Below, piece after piece: positions 51,712 through 61,685 of a stretch of 64,000 nt of DNA (positions are counted from its first letter, which is position 1; the number at the start of each line of letters is the position of its first letter). This stretch comes from an uncultured Acidimicrobiaceae bacterium (GTDB lineage: Bacteria > Actinomycetota > Acidimicrobiia > Acidimicrobiales > RAAP-2): the NCBI GenBank assembly GCA_963744225.1, contig CAVUSV010000002.1:40402-104401 (forward strand). Direction: 5' to 3'. Below the pieces are notes generated by a model. The model was not told the origin of the DNA, made no database searches, and was given only the letters and a program-made list of their open reading frames with translations. A program made the position numbers and the translations under genes.

Positions 51712-52817
51712 CGGCGCCCAGCAGCGGTGCCCGGGGCGCCATCGCCTCGGGCCGTCGTCTCATCGGGCGGGACATCGGTCTCGGGCACCGAGCCAGTCTT
51801 CCCGTCGCCGAAGCCGAGGAGGCGGACCTCGGTGCGCAAGACGACCCCGCAGCGCTCGGCGACCGTGCTGCGTACGTGCTCCATGAGCGTGTGCACATCG
51901 TCCGCACGGCCCTCCGTGTCTGCCTGGATGAAGTTGGCGTGTTTCTCGGACACATGGGCCGTCCCCAGCCGGTACCCCTTCAACCCCGCGGCCTCGATGA
52001 GCCTCCCGGCCGAATCGCCTTCGGGATTGGTGAAGACGGAGCCGGCGTTGGAGCCGCCCGGCTGATGCGTGCGCCGCCATCTGACGATGGCGGCCACCGC
52101 CTCCTGCTCGGCTTGCACCGATCCCGGCGTGACCTCGAGCTCCGCCGCGACCACCAGTTGCGTCGGGGTCACCGATGAGGAGCGGTAGCCGTAGGCGAGG
52201 TGGCCGACGTCGTCGGTACCGCCGGCGTCGGAGAAGAGGTCGACCCAGGAGTAACGGACGAGGCGTGACGCCATGTCCGACCCGTGCCCGCCGGCGTTCA
52301 TGCGCACCGCACCACCGACCGACCCGGGCACGCCGACGGCCCACGCCAATCCCGACCACCCGGCGTCGGCGACGCGGCGGGCGAGCACCGGCAGCGCGAG
52401 GGCCGCGCCCACCCGAACCACAGCCCCAGCGGCGCCGGCCCCTGAAGCGCCGGCCCCTGGAGCGCCGGCCCCGCCAGCCCCGGCGCGTCCGTCACCAGGC
52501 GCGGGCAGGTCCAACTCCGTGAAGCCACGACCGAGATGCAGCACCATGCCGTCGAAGCCCGCATCGGACACCAGCAGGTTCGAGCCCCGACCGATGACAA
52601 ACGTCGCGATGCCATCCCCCGCCGCCCCCCGACTCCCCGCGGCCCCACGGAGGGTGTGGCGGACGGTCTCGAGATCGTCGGGACCTTCGACCTCCACGTA
52701 AAGAGCGGCGGGACCACCGACCCCATAGGTGGTAAGCGGCCCCAGCGGCTTCATCAACGAGGCACGGTCTCCGAGCACGTCCGCCACGGCACGCAGCGTG
52801 TCGCTCGGCGTCACCAC
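51708..52817 (-). CDS. murB: UDP-N-acetylenolpyruvoylglucosamine reductase
   Basis: TYGVGGPA, IGRGSNLLVSD, GVPGSVGGAVRMNAGGHG, AGSVFTNP and VSEKHANF. Contains a Gly/Ala-rich insert. Start at GTG 52817, or at GTG 52814, which overlaps the murC stop. Confidence 0.85.
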   Translation of the reverse strand: MVTPSDTLRAVADVLGDRASLMKPLGPLTTYGVGGPAALYVEVEGPDDLETVRHTLRGAAGSRGAAGDGIATFVIGRGSNLLVSDAGFDGMVLHLGRGFTELDLPAPGDGRAGAGGAGAPGAGASGAGAAGAVVRVGAALALPVLARRVADAGWSGLAWAVGVPGSVGGAVRMNAGGHGSDMASRLVRYSWVDLFSDAGGTDDVGHLAYGYRSSSVTPTQLVVAAELEVTPGSVQAEQEAVAAIVRWRRTHQPGGSNAGSVFTNPEGDSAGRLIEAAGLKGYRLGTAHVSEKHANFIQADTEGRADDVHTLMEHVRSTVAERCGVVLRTEVRLLGFGDGKTGSVPETDVPPDETTARGDGAPGTAAGRR

Positions 52818-54247
52818 TGCGACGACTCGAGCAGGTCGTCGGGCAGCGTCGTCAGGTCCCCGGCGCCCAGGGTGAGACAGAGGTCGCCCGATCGCAGCTC
52901 GGCGCCCACGGCCTGTCGCAACTCCTCCCAGCCGGCGGCGTAGATCACGCGCAGCCTCGGGTCCTGCGCCTTCACGGCGTCCGCCACCAGGCGGCCCGAG
53001 ACCCCCGGGACCGCTCGTTCTCCGGCGCTGTAGACATCGGTGACCACCAGGACGTCGGCGTCCCCGAACGCCGTCCCGAACTCGGGGGCAAGCGCAGCGG
53101 TGCGCGAGAACCGGTGGGGTTGGAACACCGCGACGACCCTGGACCAGCCGCCGGTCTTCGCGGTCGCCAGGGCGGCACGCACCTCGGTCGGGAGATGGGC
53201 GTAGTCGTCGACGAAGGTCACGCCGCGCGACTCGCCCCGGAACTCGAAACGTCGGGTCACGCCGGCGAATCGGGCCATTGCGGCCTGCGCCGCCGCAAAG
53301 GGCGCGCCGGCCTGGAGCGCCGCCACAGCGGCGACCGCGCCATTGCGCGCGTTATGGAGCCCGGGAACGCCGATGCGCAGCGTGCCCAGCGCGCCTTCGG
53401 GCCCGCGGAGGACGAACGAGACTGAGCTGCGCTGCAGATCGATGTCGTCCATCACATACGTCGAACCCGAACCGGCTCCGACGGTGATCGCCCCGTGCTC
53501 TTCGCCCAGGAGCGCTGCTTCGGGGTCGTCGGCGCACACGATGGAGCCGGAGCTGGCGCCGGCCAGGAAGGCGGAGAAGGCATCCCGCAGCACCGCGAAG
53601 GTCCCGTAGTAGTCGAGATGGTCTGGTTCCACGTTGGTGAGCACCGCCAGGTCGGGGCGGATGGCCTGGAACGTCCCATAGCTCTCGTCGGCCTCGACGA
53701 CGAGCCACTCCCCCGAGTCCCACACGGCGTTCGTCCCGATCTCGTTGACGTCGGCCCCGATGACGAACGAGGGCCGTAGCCCCGCTTCGACCAGGATCAG
53801 CGAGAGCATCGAGGCTGTCGTTGTCTTCCCATGCGTCCCCGCCACTGCCAGGCAGCGTCGGGTCGCGCAGATCGCCGCGAGCATCTCGGAGCGGGGTACG
53901 ACCCGCACGCCACGGGATCGCGCCTCGGCCAATTCGGGGTTCGACAGCGGGACCGCCGGCGAGAACGTCACTGCTTCGGCAGCGCCCAAGTTCTCGGGGC
54001 GATGCCCCACCGCGACGGTGATGCCGTGGGAGCGCAGGCGTTCCGCAACCGGTGAGTCCTTCAGGTCCGACCCGGAAACCGTGTGGCCCATCGCACTGAG
54101 CACGACCGCGATGGCACTCATCCCCGCTCCGCCGATGCCCACGATATGGATGCGCCGCGCCACCGCGAGGTCCAGCGATTCCGTCGCACCACGGCTGCCG
54201 CCGCTGCTGCTGCCGCTGCCGCTGCCTCGCCTTGTCTCAGCGGGCAT
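52811..54247 (-). CDS. murC: UDP-N-acetylmuramate--L-alanine ligase
   Basis: IHIVGIGGAGMSAIA, AVAGTHGKTTT and DDYAHLPTE. Confidence 0.9.
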   Translation of the reverse strand: MPAETRRGSGSGSSSGGSRGATESLDLAVARRIHIVGIGGAGMSAIAVVLSAMGHTVSGSDLKDSPVAERLRSHGITVAVGHRPENLGAAEAVTFSPAVPLSNPELAEARSRGVRVVPRSEMLAAICATRRCLAVAGTHGKTTTASMLSLILVEAGLRPSFVIGADVNEIGTNAVWDSGEWLVVEADESYGTFQAIRPDLAVLTNVEPDHLDYYGTFAVLRDAFSAFLAGASSGSIVCADDPEAALLGEEHGAITVGAGSGSTYVMDDIDLQRSSVSFVLRGPEGALGTLRIGVPGLHNARNGAVAAVAALQAGAPFAAAQAAMARFAGVTRRFEFRGESRGVTFVDDYAHLPTEVRAALATAKTGGWSRVVAVFQPHRFSRTAALAPEFGTAFGDADVLVVTDVYSAGERAVPGVSGRLVADAVKAQDPRLRVIYAAGWEELRQAVGAELRSGDLCLTLGAGDLTTLPDDLLESSQW

Positions 54248-55403
54248 GGGCGTCGACCAGCTCGGCGACCCGGGCCGCCGCGTCGGGGTGCGCGTTCTCG
54301 CGGGCTGCCTCGCTCATGGCTCGCAGGCGGTCTGGATCGGCCAGAAGCGCCTCGAGCTCCTGGGCCAGCCGCCGCCCGTCGCATTCAGGATCCGACAGGT
54401 GCACCGCAGCTCCCATACCCACAAGTGCTTCCGCATTGCGCGACTGGTGGTCGCGCGGGGCTCCGGGCAACGGGACGAGGATCGCCGGGACGCCCGCCAC
54501 CAACAGCTCGGCCACCGTGATGGCACCGGCCCGGGTAACGCACACGTCGGCGGCGCCGTAGAGGAGAGGCATGCGGTCCTCAAAGGCGACGACGCGGTAA
54601 CACAGCCCTCCGCCTGCGCCTGCCTCCTGCGACGCTTCGGTCCGGGGTGATTCCTCCCGCAGCCACTGTCCGGGGGCGAACGCCTCGTAATCACGCCGCC
54701 CGGTGACGTGGTACAGCGCTCGCCCCTCGCAGCCCGACCAGAGCCCCGCCAGCTCCGCCACCGCCCGGTTGATCCGCAGCGCCCCCAAAGAGCCGCCGAC
54801 GGACGCCACGGTCTGGCGGTCAACCGGCAGGCCGAGCTCGATTCGGCTGGCGGTGCCCCCCTGTGTTGTCCGGTCCAACGAAACCAGCTCGGGCCGCACG
54901 GGCGTTCCCGTGACGTGCGCCCGGGGCAGGTCCGTCCCGGGAAAAGCCACCGCATTGGCGGCGGCGAAACGGCCCAGCAGCCCGTTGACGGCCCCGGGAA
55001 CGGCGTCCGTGTTCATGGAGACAAGAGGCACCCTCGTGAGCACAGCGGCGATCCCGGCCGGAAAGCTGGCGTAGCCCCCGACGATGACCACCACCCGGGG
55101 TCGGTGGGCGAGGAACGAGCCGAAGGCACGGGCGCACGCCCACACCAAACCGACGACCGCCCCGGCATTGGCCCAGAGGGCCGAAGGACGCAGGCTGCGC
55201 CGGATCCCCCGTCCGGGAAGCAGCGTGTAGGGGAACTCGAGAGTCGGCCAAATGCTCGCCTCCTGCCCCCGCCGGGAGCCGAAGAGCTCAATGGTGTCCG
55301 CGGCATGCCCGCGGGCGACGAGAGCGCGCGCAATCTCCAGCGATGGGACGATGTGCCCACCCGTCCCCCCGCCCGCAATCACCGTGCCGCGCCGAACGCT
55401 CAC
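54237..55403 (-). CDS. murG: Undecaprenyldiphospho-muramoylpentapeptide beta-N-acetylglucosaminyltransferase
   Basis: IAGGGTGGHIVP, GGSLGA and RAGAITVAELLVAGVPAILVP. The start overlaps the ftsW stop by 4 nt. Confidence 0.9.
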   Translation of the reverse strand: MSVRRGTVIAGGGTGGHIVPSLEIARALVARGHAADTIELFGSRRGQEASIWPTLEFPYTLLPGRGIRRSLRPSALWANAGAVVGLVWACARAFGSFLAHRPRVVVIVGGYASFPAGIAAVLTRVPLVSMNTDAVPGAVNGLLGRFAAANAVAFPGTDLPRAHVTGTPVRPELVSLDRTTQGGTASRIELGLPVDRQTVASVGGSLGALRINRAVAELAGLWSGCEGRALYHVTGRRDYEAFAPGQWLREESPRTEASQEAGAGGGLCYRVVAFEDRMPLLYGAADVCVTRAGAITVAELLVAGVPAILVPLPGAPRDHQSRNAEALVGMGAAVHLSDPECDGRRLAQELEALLADPDRLRAMSEAARENAHPDAAARVAELVDAHAR

Positions 55404-56719
55404 CGACCTCGGGTGGAGCGGGCCTGCCGGCGGTCCGACCCGGCGACCCGCAGGACCCCCTCCGCCTCACCCTGCCGGGCGATGTTGATGAGCACACCAG
55501 CGGACGCCATAGTGATCACCAGGGACGAGCCCCCGAAGGAGATGAACGGCAGCGGGATACCGGTCACCGGCAACACCCCCACAACCGCACCGACATTGAT
55601 GAGGGTTTCCGCCCCCACCCATGCCACCAGGCCGAGCGCGAGCAGGGAGCCGAAGCCGTCCCGAGCCTGGGTCGCCGCGCGGATCCCCAGCCACATGAAG
55701 GCGCCCAGGAGCACCAGCACGAGGAGAGCCCCAGCGATACCGAGCTGCTCACCGATGACCGAGAAGATGAAGTCGGTGTGCGCGTTGGGAAGGAAGCCCC
55801 ACTGCGCTTGTCCGCCACCGAGGCCGGCACCGACCAGGTGCCCCGACCCCAGCCCGATGAGCGACTGAACGACTTGGTACCCCGAGCTCGAGCCGTGGGC
55901 CGAGGGATCCATGAACGACAGCAGCCGGGCCCGGCGATAGGGCGAGGCCACTGCCACGATCACCGCCACGCCCACAAGGCCGGCCATCACCTTCATGACA
56001 GGCCCGAGTCGGACACCCGAGACGAACAGCAGCGCCATTGCGATGAAGACGAGGACCATGGCCGTGCCCATGTCCGGCTGGGCGAGGATCAGGATGCATG
56101 CCGAGCCGGTGACGAGGATCAACGGTCCGATGATGCGGCGGTCAGACGCTTCCTCGTCGAGACGCCGGGCGATGAAGTCCGCGGCGAAGAGGGTGAGCGC
56201 CAGCTTCATGAGCTCGGAGGGCTGGAGCCGGAACTGCCCAAAGCCAACCCAGCGGCTCGATCCCATGGCGTGGACTCCGAGGCCTGGGACAAGAACCATG
56301 AAGAGGAGGGCGAAGGTCCCCAGCAGGAGGAGGGGCCCGACACGCCGCAGGGCGCGGTAGTCCAATCGCAGCGTGACGCCGAGCACCACCACGCCGATCG
56401 CCATCCACATGGACTCTCTGATCAGGATCGCCCATGGCGTCCCGTAGGTCGCTATGGAGACCACCGAGGAAGCGGTGCCGACCATCACGAGCCCGATCAC
56501 GCACAGCAATGCCACGTCGACGAGCAGCACGGTCGAAATCGCGATCTGATGTCCGCCGAGACGCAACCCGGTCGCCTGCGCCACGGACCCGTGTGCCGAT
56601 GATCGTGGCGAGGCGGCCTTTGCCCGAGGCCGTGCGGATGGCGACCGCGGTACGGCTGTCGGTTTTTTGCGAGTACTTCGGTGCTCGCCCGTCGCCGTCG
56701 TGACCCGCCCCGCCGTCAT
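55400..56719 (-). CDS. ftsW: Peptidoglycan glycosyltransferase FtsW (SEDS family)
   Basis: Multi-TM SEDS protein with QPSELMKLAL, QPDMGTAMV, HTDFIFSVIGEQLG and PFISFGGSS. AAGAGGAG RBS. Confidence 0.9.
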   Translation of the reverse strand: MTAGRVTTATGEHRSTRKKPTAVPRSPSARPRAKAASPRSSAHGSVAQATGLRLGGHQIAISTVLLVDVALLCVIGLVMVGTASSVVSIATYGTPWAILIRESMWMAIGVVVLGVTLRLDYRALRRVGPLLLLGTFALLFMVLVPGLGVHAMGSSRWVGFGQFRLQPSELMKLALTLFAADFIARRLDEEASDRRIIGPLILVTGSACILILAQPDMGTAMVLVFIAMALLFVSGVRLGPVMKVMAGLVGVAVIVAVASPYRRARLLSFMDPSAHGSSSGYQVVQSLIGLGSGHLVGAGLGGGQAQWGFLPNAHTDFIFSVIGEQLGIAGALLVLVLLGAFMWLGIRAATQARDGFGSLLALGLVAWVGAETLINVGAVVGVLPVTGIPLPFISFGGSSLVITMASAGVLINIARQGEAEGVLRVAGSDRRQARSTRGR

Positions 56720-56831
56720 GCCTGCTCCTCTTTCTGAGCGCGACCGCGTTGCTCAGACCGGTCCGACCCCCGATGCATGCCGACAGTTTCCCGTACCCGC
56801 GGAGCGAAGTGGCGGATGAAGGGACGCTGGG

Positions 56832-57873
56832 TCACGTGAACTTCGCCACCGTGAGAAAGTCGCCGTAGAAGATACCGAGGCCGAGCGCGCAGAAGAGCCC
56901 CCCGAGGATCCAGAAGCGCACGATCACCGTGGTCTCGGGCCAGCCACCGAGCTCGAAGTGGTGATGGATCGGAGCCATCCGGAAGATGCGCCGGTGGAAC
57001 ATCCGGAAGCTGATGACCTGCAGGATCACCGACACCGTTTCCATGACGAAGAGGCCGCCGATCACGAGAAGGAGCAGGTCGAGATTGAGGAGCAGGCACA
57101 GGGCTGCCAGTCCGGCGCCGATGGCCAGCGATCCGGTGTCCCCCATGATGATCTTGGCCGGTGCCGCGTTCCACCAGAGGAACCCGATGCACGCCCCGGC
57201 GAGCGCGACGGACACAAGCGAAAGGTCGATCGCCGACGCGGGCAGCACGTGGTAGATCGCGAAGTGCCGGAAGATCCAGTACCCCATGATGGAGAGCACT
57301 GCGAAACAAAACGTCCCTGCTCCTGCGGCCAATCCATCGACGCCGTCGGTGATGTTCACCGCGTTGGACGCACCCACCATCACGAGCACGGCGAAGACCA
57401 CCCAGCCGACCTCGCCGAGGTTGATACCGAGGGCCTGGGAACGGGTGAAGGAGAGTGCCGTCGACGTGTGCGCCCAGCGCACGGCGAGTTCGGCAAAGGC
57501 AAGGGCGAGGACGAGTTGCGCCGCCGCCTTCCCCCGCTTGTTCAATCCGAGGCTTCGCCGGTGGTGCACCTTGATGTAGTCATCGACGTAGCCGATGAGT
57601 CCGAAGGCGACCACTGCGCCAACAGTGAGGTACCCCGTCCGCGAGAAGCGAATCTCGGTGCCGATGTGTCCGATCGCATACCCGACGACGACGGCAGCCC
57701 ACGATGACGATGCCACCCATGGTCGGAGTGCCCGCCTTGGCGACATGCGAGGCGGGGCCGTCTTCCCTGATGTGCTGACCAATCTGGCGCTTCCGGAAAT
57801 AGCGGATGAGAAAGGGGGTCGAAAGGATCGCGATCCACAGCGCGACACTCCCCGAGACAAGCAGTCCGAGCAC
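56832..57873 (-). pseudogene. mraY: Phospho-N-acetylmuramoyl-pentapeptide transferase, frame broken once
   Basis: The N-terminus lies in ORF 57580..57873 ([38 protein letters not shown]). The rest lies in ORF 56832..57905 ([10 protein letters not shown]...YVDDYIKV...NAVNITDGVDGLA...MGDTGSLAIG...APIHHHFE). The break is at the run 57698-57700; 1042 nt -1 = 347 codons. Confidence 0.9.
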
Positions 57874-57879
57874 GTACTG

Positions 57880-59550
57880 TCAGACCTCCGGGTGCGAGCC
57901 ACCACGAGTCAACGTGGCTGTCGTCGCCGACGCACTCGTCACCGCAGTGGACGGCGTCGCCACACCGCTCACCCAGGTCGTCGGGTCGGACCCGAACCGG
58001 ACCGACAGCGCCTGTCTCGCCTCGACCGCGTCGTCGAATGGCAAGCGGTGCCCACCGATCTCTTGATACGTCTCGTGGCCCTTACCGGCGATGACGACCA
58101 TATCGCCGGGACGAGCCGCGTCGAGGGCGCGGCGGATCGCGGTCCTGCGGTCGGGCTCGACCACGATCCGAGGATTGTCGCGCCCACCGGAGACGCCGCC
58201 CAGCACCTCCTCGACGATCGCGAGGGGATCCTCGTCACGCGGGTTGTCCGACGTCACAAATGCCAAGTCGCTCAAGCGCTCGGCCACACCGCCCATGACT
58301 GGCCGCTTGGCCCGGTCCCGGTTCCCGCCGCAGCCGAAGACGCACAGCACCCGGCCGCCCGGCGCCAGGGTGCGGGCTTCACCCAGTACGGCTTCGAGCC
58401 CGGCCGGCGTATGGGCGTAGTCGACGAGCACCGTGAAGGGGGGGCGCTCCCCTGGCTCGGCCCGACTTGCCCTTCTTCCCCGCTTCCGTCCCCTCTCCGT
58501 CGTTGGGACCTCCGGCGCGGCGATCACCTGCAGCCGGCCGGGGACCGGTGAAAGATTGGCCATGGCCTGCGCGATCTCCGGGGGGCCGAGGTGGAGTTCG
58601 CCGAGTGTGAGGGCTGCTTCGGCGGCCAGGAGGGTGTTGTCGACGTTGATGGCGCCGGTCAACGGTGTCGTGATCCTCTGGCCCCGCCAGGTGAACTCGC
58701 TGCGGCCAGGAAGCAACACGATGTCGGTGGCATCAGAGTGGCGAACGGCGACCATCGGGATACGAGCGCGTTCGAGGAGCCGTCGCCCCCAGGGGTCGTC
58801 CGCATTGACGATGCCGCGCACGGCATGGCCTGGGGTGAATAGCGACGCTTTTGCCTCGAAGTACTCCTCCAAGGTGTCGTGGTAGTCGAGATGGTCGTGG
58901 CTGAGGTTGGTGAAGACGCCGACGTCAAAATGGATGCCTTCGACACGTGACTGCACAAGGGCGTGGCTCGACACCTCCATCGCGACTGCGTGGCGGGCAC
59001 CGTCCGACTTCTGGCGGTCGCGCACACCGGCCAGGACGCGTTGGATCTCGGTGGCCTCCGGAGTCGTCCGGGCCCCCGAGAGGGTCCCCATCACGTTCGT
59101 GGGGCGGCCCGTCGCGCTGAGCAGATCTCCGAGGAGTTGCGTCACGGTCGTCTTGCCGTTTGTGCCCGTCACACCGATCATCAAGAGGTCCCGCGCCGGA
59201 AAGTCATAGAAGGCGGTGGCGAGCCGAGCCATGGCGGAGCGCATCGTCCCGTGCGCGATTCGTGTTTGCACGACATCGTGGTCCAGCAGATCGGGGATGA
59301 AGTGCTCGCACAAGAGGCCGATTGCACCTCGCTCCACTGCCTCGGCGGCGTGGACGTGCCCGTCACTGACGTGGCCGGGAACGCAGCAGAAGAGGTCGCC
59401 AGGCACGACTCTTCGGCTGTCGTGCGAGATGCCACCAACCTCGACGGCGGAGGGGTCGCCGACCGACTCGATCACCTCTATATCGTCGAAGAGGAGGTTC
59501 ATAGGCACGGTTCGCATGATGGACCCGACAGCGTTGCATGCCTCGGACAC
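57880..59550 (-). CDS. murE: UDP-N-acetylmuramoyl-L-alanyl-D-glutamate--2,6-diaminopimelate ligase
   Basis: HDSRRVVPGDLF, GVTGTNGKTT, MEVSSHAL, FTNLSHDHLDYH and the DAP-specific DNPR motif. The start is uncertain (GTG 59550, ATG 59517 or ATG 59502). The C-terminal tail is unusually long. Confidence 0.9.
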   Translation of the reverse strand: MSEACNAVGSIMRTVPMNLLFDDIEVIESVGDPSAVEVGGISHDSRRVVPGDLFCCVPGHVSDGHVHAAEAVERGAIGLLCEHFIPDLLDHDVVQTRIAHGTMRSAMARLATAFYDFPARDLLMIGVTGTNGKTTVTQLLGDLLSATGRPTNVMGTLSGARTTPEATEIQRVLAGVRDRQKSDGARHAVAMEVSSHALVQSRVEGIHFDVGVFTNLSHDHLDYHDTLEEYFEAKASLFTPGHAVRGIVNADDPWGRRLLERARIPMVAVRHSDATDIVLLPGRSEFTWRGQRITTPLTGAINVDNTLLAAEAALTLGELHLGPPEIAQAMANLSPVPGRLQVIAAPEVPTTERGRKRGRRASRAEPGERPPFTVLVDYAHTPAGLEAVLGEARTLAPGGRVLCVFGCGGNRDRAKRPVMGGVAERLSDLAFVTSDNPRDEDPLAIVEEVLGGVSGGRDNPRIVVEPDRRTAIRRALDAARPGDMVVIAGKGHETYQEIGGHRLPFDDAVEARQALSVRFGSDPTTWVSGVATPSTAVTSASATTATLTRGGSHPEV

Positions 59551-59587
59551 CCTCGCGCCACGCCTGCAATGGGTGTGTCGGCGAGGG

Positions 59588-61588
59588 TCACGTGATGTCC
59601 TGGGCCTGGGACACCTTGGGAATCGAGCCGGGCGCGGTGTAGGTCTGCGCTCCAGGGGTGGTGGGGATGTCGTAGCGGTGGAGCGCGTAGCTCATGATCT
59701 GCGAGAACACGGGTGCAGCGACGGTGCCGCCGAAGATTGGGGTCGGCCGATTGAGGACCACGATCATGGACAGGGTCGGGTTCGCAGCCGGCGCGAAGCC
59801 CACAAAGGTGGCCATGTAGGCGCCAGTTACGTACGAGTCCTTGCCCTGGGTGGGGATCTGGGCGGTCCCCGTCTTTCCAGCGACGGCATACCCGGGAATC
59901 GCGGCACTGGAGCCGGTGCCCTGGTTGACCACCTGCTGGAGCATGGTGTTCAACTGCACATCGACCGATGACGAGATGACGCGATGGGTCGCAGAAGGAG
60001 CGGTCGGTGTGAGGGCGCCGGTCGGACTTACCGTCGCCTGGACCAGCTTCGGTGCAACGAACACCCCGCCATTGGCGACCGTGTTGTACGCATCGAGCAC
60101 TTGAAGTGCGCTCACGGCGTCCACCTGGCCGATGGGGAGGGAGACGTAGTTCGTCGGCTGCCACTGGGCGGCTGTCGCCGAGAGCCCGGGTGACTCTCCC
60201 GGGAAGTTCAGCCCGCTCGACTGCCCGAAGCCCAGCGCTTTGACCTGGTCGAGCAGCCGTTGTTCGCCGACGGCTTGCGCGATCTCCGAAGTGCCGATGT
60301 TGGACGACTGCGCCAGGATCTGTGTGGCCGTCAGCGTCTCGGTCGGGTGAGGTTCCGCATCATGAAATATGGACCCGTCCAATTTGATCTGGTCGGGCAC
60401 CGTAAAGACTGAATTGGGATTGATCAGGCCGTCCTGCAGCGCGGCCGAAAAGGTGACCAGCTTGAACACTGAGCCCGGCTCGTAGAGTTGGCTCACCGCC
60501 AGATTGTTCGGAGCCTCATCGACCGCGTTGTGAGGCCCGATCGGCAGGACCCCTCCGGCCGCCGGAGGCGGCGCGGTGGTCGTCGCACCAGTTGCTGCGG
60601 GGTGGGTGGCGACGAGATTGGCCATCGAGAGGATCTGACCCGTTTTGACGTCCATCACGACCGCCGTGCCGCTCACGGCGTGGGACGACTCGATCGCCTT
60701 GCCCAGCGCCTGCTCGGACTCGTATTGGAGCTGAGTGTCGAGCGTCAGCTCCATACCGGTGCCCGGTGCCGTCGCGATCTGGTTCGCCACAGGAGACTGG
60801 GGCAACGTCACGCCCGCCGGCGACTCCATGATCGTCTCTTTGCCATCGGTTCCGGCTAACTGCAGGTTGGCTCCGTACTCCAGCCCGCCTGCGCCACGAC
60901 CGGCCGCGTTCGTAAACCCGACAACCGGCGACGCCAGATTCCCGTTCGGCACGACCCGTTTCGAATCAGCAATCAGCGTGATTCCAGGAAAGGTGTCCGC
61001 TGTGATTGTCTGCCCGGTCGACTCGGGCAACTGGCGAGCCAGCACCACGTAGCCCGAAGACCGACGCAGCTCCGAGGCCAACGTCGTGGCGGGGATGTGG
61101 AGGATCGGCGACAAGGCGAGCGCCGTCTGCACGGGATGGGCGATCTGGAAATCGTCAGCTACAACATCGACGGTCGGCACGGATAAGGCGAGGGGCGATC
61201 CGTTTCGGGCGTAGATCCCGCCCCGCAGTGCCGGCAGTGAGACCGAGATAGAGGACTCCCCACGCGCTGCCGCCTGGTAGGCGCCGGCGTGCAGCACTTG
61301 AACGTCGACGAGGCGTGCCACGAGGAGCAGAACCGCCACGACGAGCACGAGGCGGACGAGCCGAATCCGGCGCTGGAACGTGCCACTGGCCCAGACGTTC
61401 CGAGGCCGTGAGACGGGTAACCGGGCGACCTTCGGTCCTGTTCGGTGCGACTGTTGGGCGGAACCGGTCGTGGTGCGCGTCGAGCGGCGAGGCGAAGTAG
61501 AGGGTTGTGTCCGTGTGGGCCGAGCGGTCCGTACCGGGCGCGATGGTCGTGCCGGCCGCGCCGGCCGTGCCGTCGGAGCCCCGCTCAC
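59588..61588 (-). CDS. ftsI: Penicillin-binding protein, division transpeptidase (FtsI/PbpB)
   Basis: Basic N-terminus, TM (LVRLVLVVAVLLLVARL), dimerisation domain, and the SVFK, SSN and KTGT motifs. The start is either GTG 61588, or ATG 61689 combined with a 1-nt frameshift (see findings). Confidence 0.85.
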   Translation of the reverse strand: MSGAPTARPARPARPSRPVRTARPTRTQPSTSPRRSTRTTTGSAQQSHRTGPKVARLPVSRPRNVWASGTFQRRIRLVRLVLVVAVLLLVARLVDVQVLHAGAYQAAARGESSISVSLPALRGGIYARNGSPLALSVPTVDVVADDFQIAHPVQTALALSPILHIPATTLASELRRSSGYVVLARQLPESTGQTITADTFPGITLIADSKRVVPNGNLASPVVGFTNAAGRGAGGLEYGANLQLAGTDGKETIMESPAGVTLPQSPVANQIATAPGTGMELTLDTQLQYESEQALGKAIESSHAVSGTAVVMDVKTGQILSMANLVATHPAATGATTTAPPPAAGGVLPIGPHNAVDEAPNNLAVSQLYEPGSVFKLVTFSAALQDGLINPNSVFTVPDQIKLDGSIFHDAEPHPTETLTATQILAQSSNIGTSEIAQAVGEQRLLDQVKALGFGQSSGLNFPGESPGLSATAAQWQPTNYVSLPIGQVDAVSALQVLDAYNTVANGGVFVAPKLVQATVSPTGALTPTAPSATHRVISSSVDVQLNTMLQQVVNQGTGSSAAIPGYAVAGKTGTAQIPTQGKDSYVTGAYMATFVGFAPAANPTLSMIVVLNRPTPIFGGTVAAPVFSQIMSYALHRYDIPTTPGAQTYTAPGSIPKVSQAQDIT

Positions 61589-61685
61589 CTGGGAGCGCTG
61601 TCGAGTCCGCGCCGTTTCGGATTTCGTGGGGGTACGGCGCCCCGAACCGGCCGCGCGCGGTGAGGCTCCTGTCGAGTGGTGATGC

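Noticed and set aside
55343-56602. 419-aa plus-strand ORF (also 54708..55868 and 57595..58551)
   Set aside because: These are antisense to ftsW, murG and murE and have extreme Arg/Asp/His/Gly composition.
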